Of a DNA stretch of 64,000 nt, positions 60,164 to 64,000 are shown one piece after another (position 1 is the first letter of the stretch; the number at the start of each line of letters is the position of its first letter). The notes under the pieces are model-generated. The model was not told the DNA's origin. It did no database searches and saw only the letters and a list, made by a program, of their open reading frames with translations. Location of the stretch: contig JALHRQ010000015.1 in the NCBI GenBank assembly GCA_022841375.1, forward strand, positions 12,306 to 76,305. The letters are read 5' to 3'. A program made the position numbers and the translations under genes. The DNA comes from Burkholderiales bacterium (GTDB lineage Bacteria; Pseudomonadota; Gammaproteobacteria; Burkholderiales; SG8-41).

Positions 60164-61165
60164 CTACTTCGCCGGCGCCTTGACCAACTCCAACTCTGTC
60201 AAAAACGCCTTCAGCTCCGCATAATCCGCATCCATATACTTCTTCGTCTCTGCAGCATTACGGTATTCGTTATCCCAGTTGTTGTCCGCCAGTTCCTTTT
60301 TCCACGCTTCGGTCTGCGTGAGCTGCTTCAGCGCGTTGTCCCAGTAGGCGATCTGCGCCGGCGTCAGGTTCGGGGCGCCCACAAAGCCGCGCCAGTTGGA
60401 GACGATGGCGTTGGCGCCCTGCTCCTTCCAGGTCGGTGCCGTGGCAAACACACCCGTCAGCCGTTGCGGTGAGGCGATGGCGACGATGCGCACCGTGCCG
60501 GCTTCGACGTATTTGCGCATCAGGCCCACCGAACCGGGCACCGCATCGACATGGCCGCCCAACAGCGCGGTGATGGCGTTGCCGCCGGACTGGAACACCG
60601 GCGTCTTGGTCTTGCGCAGGTCGATGCCGGCGTCCTTCAGCGCCATCGCAATGCCCTGATGGTTGGGGTTGCCGAGGCTGGTGGCGACGCCGAAGCTCAG
60701 CGCGCCTGGATCCTTTTTCAGGCGGTCGATGATTTCGCGGCCGTTCTTGATCGGTGAATCCGCTTTCACCGCAACGGTGATGTATTCATCAAACAGGATC
60801 GCCAGCGGCGTCAGGTTACTGTAGGTCAGCGGCGCGCGGCCGGAGATGTGGTTGGTGAGCAGGCTTTTCGAGGCGATGGACACGAAGTGGCCGTTGCCCG
60901 GATGCGACTGCAGATAGGTGTAGGCAATCGCACCGCCGCCGCCCGGCTTGTTGTTGATGGTGATCGAGGCGGTGCCGGCGAGCTTGCGCTCCTGCAGGAT
61001 GCTCTGCACCAGCCGGCCGGTCGAATCCTGACCGCTGCCGGGTGCGGTGTTGATGACGATCTCGACATTTTTGTCGGGTTGCCATGCTTGAGCCATTGCT
61101 GGCAGGCTGGCTGAGAACAGTGAAACTCCGGTCAATACGACTGCAACTTTGTGCGATGCACTCAT
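60164..61165 (-). CDS. Bug/TctC-family tripartite tricarboxylate transporter substrate-binding protein
   Basis: Signal peptide ...LPAMAQA. NKPGGGGAIAY and other Bug-family patterns. No tctA/tctB nearby. Confidence 0.85.
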   Translation of the reverse strand: MSASHKVAVVLTGVSLFSASLPAMAQAWQPDKNVEIVINTAPGSGQDSTGRLVQSILQERKLAGTASITINNKPGGGGAIAYTYLQSHPGNGHFVSIASKSLLTNHISGRAPLTYSNLTPLAILFDEYITVAVKADSPIKNGREIIDRLKKDPGALSFGVATSLGNPNHQGIAMALKDAGIDLRKTKTPVFQSGGNAITALLGGHVDAVPGSVGLMRKYVEAGTVRIVAIASPQRLTGVFATAPTWKEQGANAIVSNWRGFVGAPNLTPAQIAYWDNALKQLTQTEAWKKELADNNWDNEYRNAAETKKYMDADYAELKAFLTELELVKAPAK

Positions 61166-61185
61166 TACGCCTCCTCTTTTAGCCC

Positions 61186-61295
61186 GTCATTCCGGCGCGC
61201 CCCAAAGGAAGTCCCCTTGGGGGAAAGCCGGAATCCAGTAATCACTATTCCACCCCGCTGCCGCCTTTCTGGATGCCGGCTTTCGCCGGCATGAC
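61186..61295. repeat. pair of inverted REP-like palindromes (GTCATKCCGGC...GCCGGMATCCAG family)
   Basis: gtcattccggc-N30-gccggaatccag at 61186-61238. The inverted copy ctggatgccggc-tttc-gccggcatgac is at 61269-61295. Confidence 0.75.
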
Positions 61296-61325
61296 GGTTC
61301 TTTACGGGTCGCCTGTCTTTAGCGT

Positions 61326-61940
61326 TTACGCCCTCGCCGACAGCCAGGGCCTATCCTTGTAGTAACCGGCTTCGAATCCCGCGATTTTTCCCGAATATTG
61401 CTGCGTGCGGGCAATATCGTCCAGCCCTTCGAGCAGGCAGCGCTTGCGCACCTCATGGATCTCGAACTGGTGCGCCTTGCCCTGCACGTCGGTCACCGTC
61501 TGCGCGGCGAGATCAACGCTGACTTTGGCGCCGGGTTGATCCTGCAACTGACGGCGGATCGCGGCGCATTCCTCTTCCGGCAGCGTCAGCGCGAGCAAAC
61601 CGTTTTTGGCGCAGTTGGCGGCGAAGATGTCGCCGAAACTCGGCGCGATCACGCAGCGGATGCCGAATTCATACAGTGCATACACCGCGGTTTCGCGCGA
61701 CGAACCGCAGCCGAAGTTGCGGTCGGCAACGATGATGCCCGACTGGTCGTAGGGTGCGGCGTTGAGCATGAACTCGGTCGGCGTGCCGTCGGGCTTGAAG
61801 CGCGAGTCGTAGAACAGGATCTCGCGGTACTTGGGTCCGCGCGGCACCTTGTTGAAGCGCGTCGGGCACAGCTGGTTGGTGTCGATGTTCGCCTCGTGCA
61901 TGGGCACGGCGATGGCGGTGAGTGTGGTGAATGGCTGCAT
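61326..61940 (-). CDS. LeuD-like small subunit of an aconitase-family hydro-lyase (divergent paralogue)
   Basis: NFGCGSSRE and IAPSFGDIF are conserved, but flanking residues differ from canonical LeuD (SSRETAVYAL versus SSREHAPWAL in E. coli). Confidence 0.8.
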   Translation of the reverse strand: MQPFTTLTAIAVPMHEANIDTNQLCPTRFNKVPRGPKYREILFYDSRFKPDGTPTEFMLNAAPYDQSGIIVADRNFGCGSSRETAVYALYEFGIRCVIAPSFGDIFAANCAKNGLLALTLPEEECAAIRRQLQDQPGAKVSVDLAAQTVTDVQGKAHQFEIHEVRKRCLLEGLDDIARTQQYSGKIAGFEAGYYKDRPWLSARA

Positions 61941-61970
61941 TGGATACTCCACTGAACGTCAAAATCTTTA

Positions 61971-62060
61971 GCCACAGAGGTCACAGAGGACACAGAGGAA
62001 AACCAACCCCGAAACACCGTTGTTTTTGCTGTTCTCTGTGATCTCTGTGCACTCTGTGGC
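61971..62060. repeat. long imperfect inverted repeat built from triple CACAGAG motifs
   Basis: gccacagaggtcacagaggacacagagg ...31 nt... ctctgtgatctctgtgcactctgtggc. Lies between the leuC-like and leuD-like genes. Confidence 0.85.
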
Positions 62061-62091
62061 AGCTTTTGGGTTTCATCTTAAGTATTTGCTT

Positions 62092-63504
62092 TTATTTAAT
62101 TATTTCTCTAACGTCGGTGAGATGACCCTTGATCGCCGCAGCCGCCGCCATCGCCGGACTGAGCAGATGGGTGCGCCCGCCCGGACCTTGGCGGTTGCGG
62201 AAATTGCGGTTCGAGGTCGAGGCACAGCGCTCCCCCGGTTGCAGGTTGTCGCCGTTGATCGCGGTGCACAGCGAGCAGCCCGGGTCGCGCCATTCAAAAC
62301 CGGCCTTGGTGAATATCTGATCAAGGCCTTCGGCTTCGGCCTGGCGTTTGACCGCCATCGAACCCGGCACCACCCAGGTCATCACTTTCGCTTTGCCGTG
62401 TTTCGCCACTGCGGCCGCGGCGCGCAGATCTTCAATGCGGCCGTTGGTGCAGGAGCCGATGAACACGCGGTCGAGTTTGATGTCCTGCAGACCCATGCCA
62501 GGACGCAGGCCCATGTATTCAATCGCGGTTTCGTATTCAGACCGTTTTTTCGCATCCTTGATGCTTGCCGGGTCCGGCACCACGCCGGTGATCGGCAGTG
62601 CGTGCTCGGGCGTGATGCCCCAGGTTGCGGTCGGCGCGATCTGTGACGCATCGAGTTTCACTTCCTTGTCGAATTTCGCACCGTCATCGGTAGCCAGCGC
62701 GCGCCAGCTATCCAGCGCCTGCTCCCACGCTTGGCCTTTGGGCGCATAGGGCCGGCCTTCGACGTAAGCGAAAGTCTTGTCGTCGGGTGCAATCAGTCCA
62801 ACGCGGGCGCCGGCCTCGATCGACATATTGCAGATGGTCATGCGCCCTTCCATGCTCAGATTGCGGATGGTCGAGCCGGCATATTCAATCGCATGGCCGG
62901 TCGCGCCATCGACGCCGATCTGCGCGATCAGTGCGAGGATCACGTCTTTTGCGGTGACGCCGAATCCCAGTTCACCGTCGATGGTGACGCGCATCGCCTT
63001 GGGTTTGCGCTGCCACAGCGCCTGCGTCGCCATCACATGCGCGAACTCGGATGCGCCGACGCCATAAGCCAGGCAGCCGAAGGCACCATGGGTGGAGGTG
63101 TGCGAATCATTGCCGATCACAAACAGCCCCGGCTGGATGATGCCCTGCTCCGGCGGCACGATATGCATGATGCCCTGCTGCTCGTGCGCCATGCCGAACA
63201 GCGTGACGCCGTATTTTTTCGCCATGTCCTGCATGTCGATCACCATGTTGCGGATGCCGATATCCGGAATGCCGTCAGTGCCCTTGGCACGGCCGGTGGT
63301 CGGCACATAGTGATCGGTAAAGGCGTAGATCTGCCCGGGCTTGAGCACCTTGCGCCCGGTCTTTTCCAGTTCGGTGAAGGCGTGCAGGGTGTTTTCCTGC
63401 GCCAGCGCGACGTCGACATACATCAGCGACTCGCCTTCGTCGGTGAGGATGTGGTGCGAGTTCCAGAGTTTCTCGATGATTGATTGCGGGGTAGTGCTGT
63501 TCAT
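62092..63504 (-). CDS. LeuC-like large subunit of an aconitase-family hydro-lyase (paralogue)
   Basis: 470 aa. GNDSHTSTHGAFG, MEGRMTICNM, GSCTNGRIEDLR, CSLC and ASTSNRNF (Fe-S and substrate motifs). The N-terminal substrate region diverges (VDVALAQENTLHAF versus IDRHLVHEVTSPQAF in E. coli). Confidence 0.85.
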   Translation of the reverse strand: MNSTTPQSIIEKLWNSHHILTDEGESLMYVDVALAQENTLHAFTELEKTGRKVLKPGQIYAFTDHYVPTTGRAKGTDGIPDIGIRNMVIDMQDMAKKYGVTLFGMAHEQQGIMHIVPPEQGIIQPGLFVIGNDSHTSTHGAFGCLAYGVGASEFAHVMATQALWQRKPKAMRVTIDGELGFGVTAKDVILALIAQIGVDGATGHAIEYAGSTIRNLSMEGRMTICNMSIEAGARVGLIAPDDKTFAYVEGRPYAPKGQAWEQALDSWRALATDDGAKFDKEVKLDASQIAPTATWGITPEHALPITGVVPDPASIKDAKKRSEYETAIEYMGLRPGMGLQDIKLDRVFIGSCTNGRIEDLRAAAAVAKHGKAKVMTWVVPGSMAVKRQAEAEGLDQIFTKAGFEWRDPGCSLCTAINGDNLQPGERCASTSNRNFRNRQGPGGRTHLLSPAMAAAAAIKGHLTDVREIIK

Positions 63505-63566
63505 GAAACACAATTCCTTTTAATGCGAATATCAAGCGATTCTTCATTGAGCTTCGCCACACTACT

Positions 63567-63610
63567 CCCCTCTCCCCCAATTTTGGGGGAGAGGGCCAGG
63601 GAGAGGGGGT
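63567..63610. repeat. REP-like hairpin, same family as 3228-3268 in opposite arrangement
   Basis: cccctctccccc-aatttt-gggggagaggg followed by ccagggagaggggg. Lies between the two leuC genes. Confidence 0.7.
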
Positions 63611-63641
63611 ATTTATTAATTAGCGCTGGTGCCGATCACTT

Positions 63642-64000
63642 CTATTTCATCAGCTCACGCACGTCGGTGAAATGTCCCTTCAGCGCCGCAGCAGCCGCCA
63701 TCGCCGGGCTGACCAGATGCGTGCGGCCGCCCGGGCCCTGGCGATTGCGGAAATTACGGTTGGAGGTCGATGCACAGCGTTCGCCGGGTTTCAACTGATC
63801 GCCGTTGATCGCAGTGCACAGCGAACAACCGGGATCACGCCATTCAAATCCGGCGGCAATCAGGATTTTGTCGAGCCCTTCCTTCTCCGCCTGCGCCTTG
63901 ACCAGCTTGGAACCCGGCACCACCCAAGCCGGCACCACGGCACGGCCGCGTTTGGCGACCTCAGCAGCAGCGCGGATGTCTTCGATGCGGCTGTTGGTGC
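63642..64000 (-). CDS. leuC: 3-isopropylmalate dehydratase large subunit, C-terminal part (runs off the window)
   Basis: The frame is open to nt 64000: ...[43 protein letters not shown]...[44 protein letters not shown]. Confidence 0.88.
   Translation of the reverse strand, partial: TNSRIEDIRAAAEVAKRGRAVVPAWVVPGSKLVKAQAEKEGLDKILIAAGFEWRDPGCSLCTAINGDQLKPGERCASTSNRNFRNRQGPGGRTHLVSPAMAAAAALKGHFTDVRELMK

Overview
This 64-kb window looks like chromosomal DNA from a fairly GC-rich Betaproteobacterium-like organism. That guess rests on gene content and order only (hisZ, priB, pilW, Bug/TctC, typical REP hairpins); no database search was possible. I call about 60 protein genes, one tRNA-Leu(CAG), several intrinsic terminators and four families of intergenic repeats.

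Nt 1-37,200 is almost entirely a minus-strand housekeeping block:
- dnaB, then rplI-rpsR-priB-rpsF
- rlmB-rnr
- purA-hisZ-DUF2065-hflC-hflK-hflX-hfq
- der-bamB-yfgM-hisS-ispG-rodZ-pilW-rlmN-ndk
- a TAXI-TRAP pair, then tilS and accA

This block is interrupted at 6.5-12.3 kb by a two-partner-secretion (TpsB/TpsA) island. Its exoprotein is short and very Gly/Tyr-rich, and I see no toxin domain in it.

Nt 37,200-64,000 is accessory-like:
- A cyclase-FHA protein with a degenerate catalytic motif.
- A NYN-LOTUS protein.
- My best candidate for an undescribed system (45.2-53.5 kb): a translationally coupled operon encoding a CheY-only regulator, a small outer-membrane barrel, a membrane-anchored HEAT-repeat protein, a processive GT2 synthase and a CHASE-PAS histidine kinase. 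A secreted 567-aa protein is encoded divergently from it.
- A 178-bp tandem duplication of the 3' end of a TauD-like gene.
- A mixed catabolic cluster: TauD/VOC/TauE, a leaderless DctP-like protein, a deacetylase, a LigI-like amidohydrolase, a low-GC ORFan lipoprotein, and TctC with a LeuC/LeuD paralogue pair lying directly downstream of a second leuC.

I saw no CRISPR array, rRNA, transposase, integrase or recognisable phage-defence genes. All functional calls come from motif recognition by eye and need HMM or BLAST confirmation.
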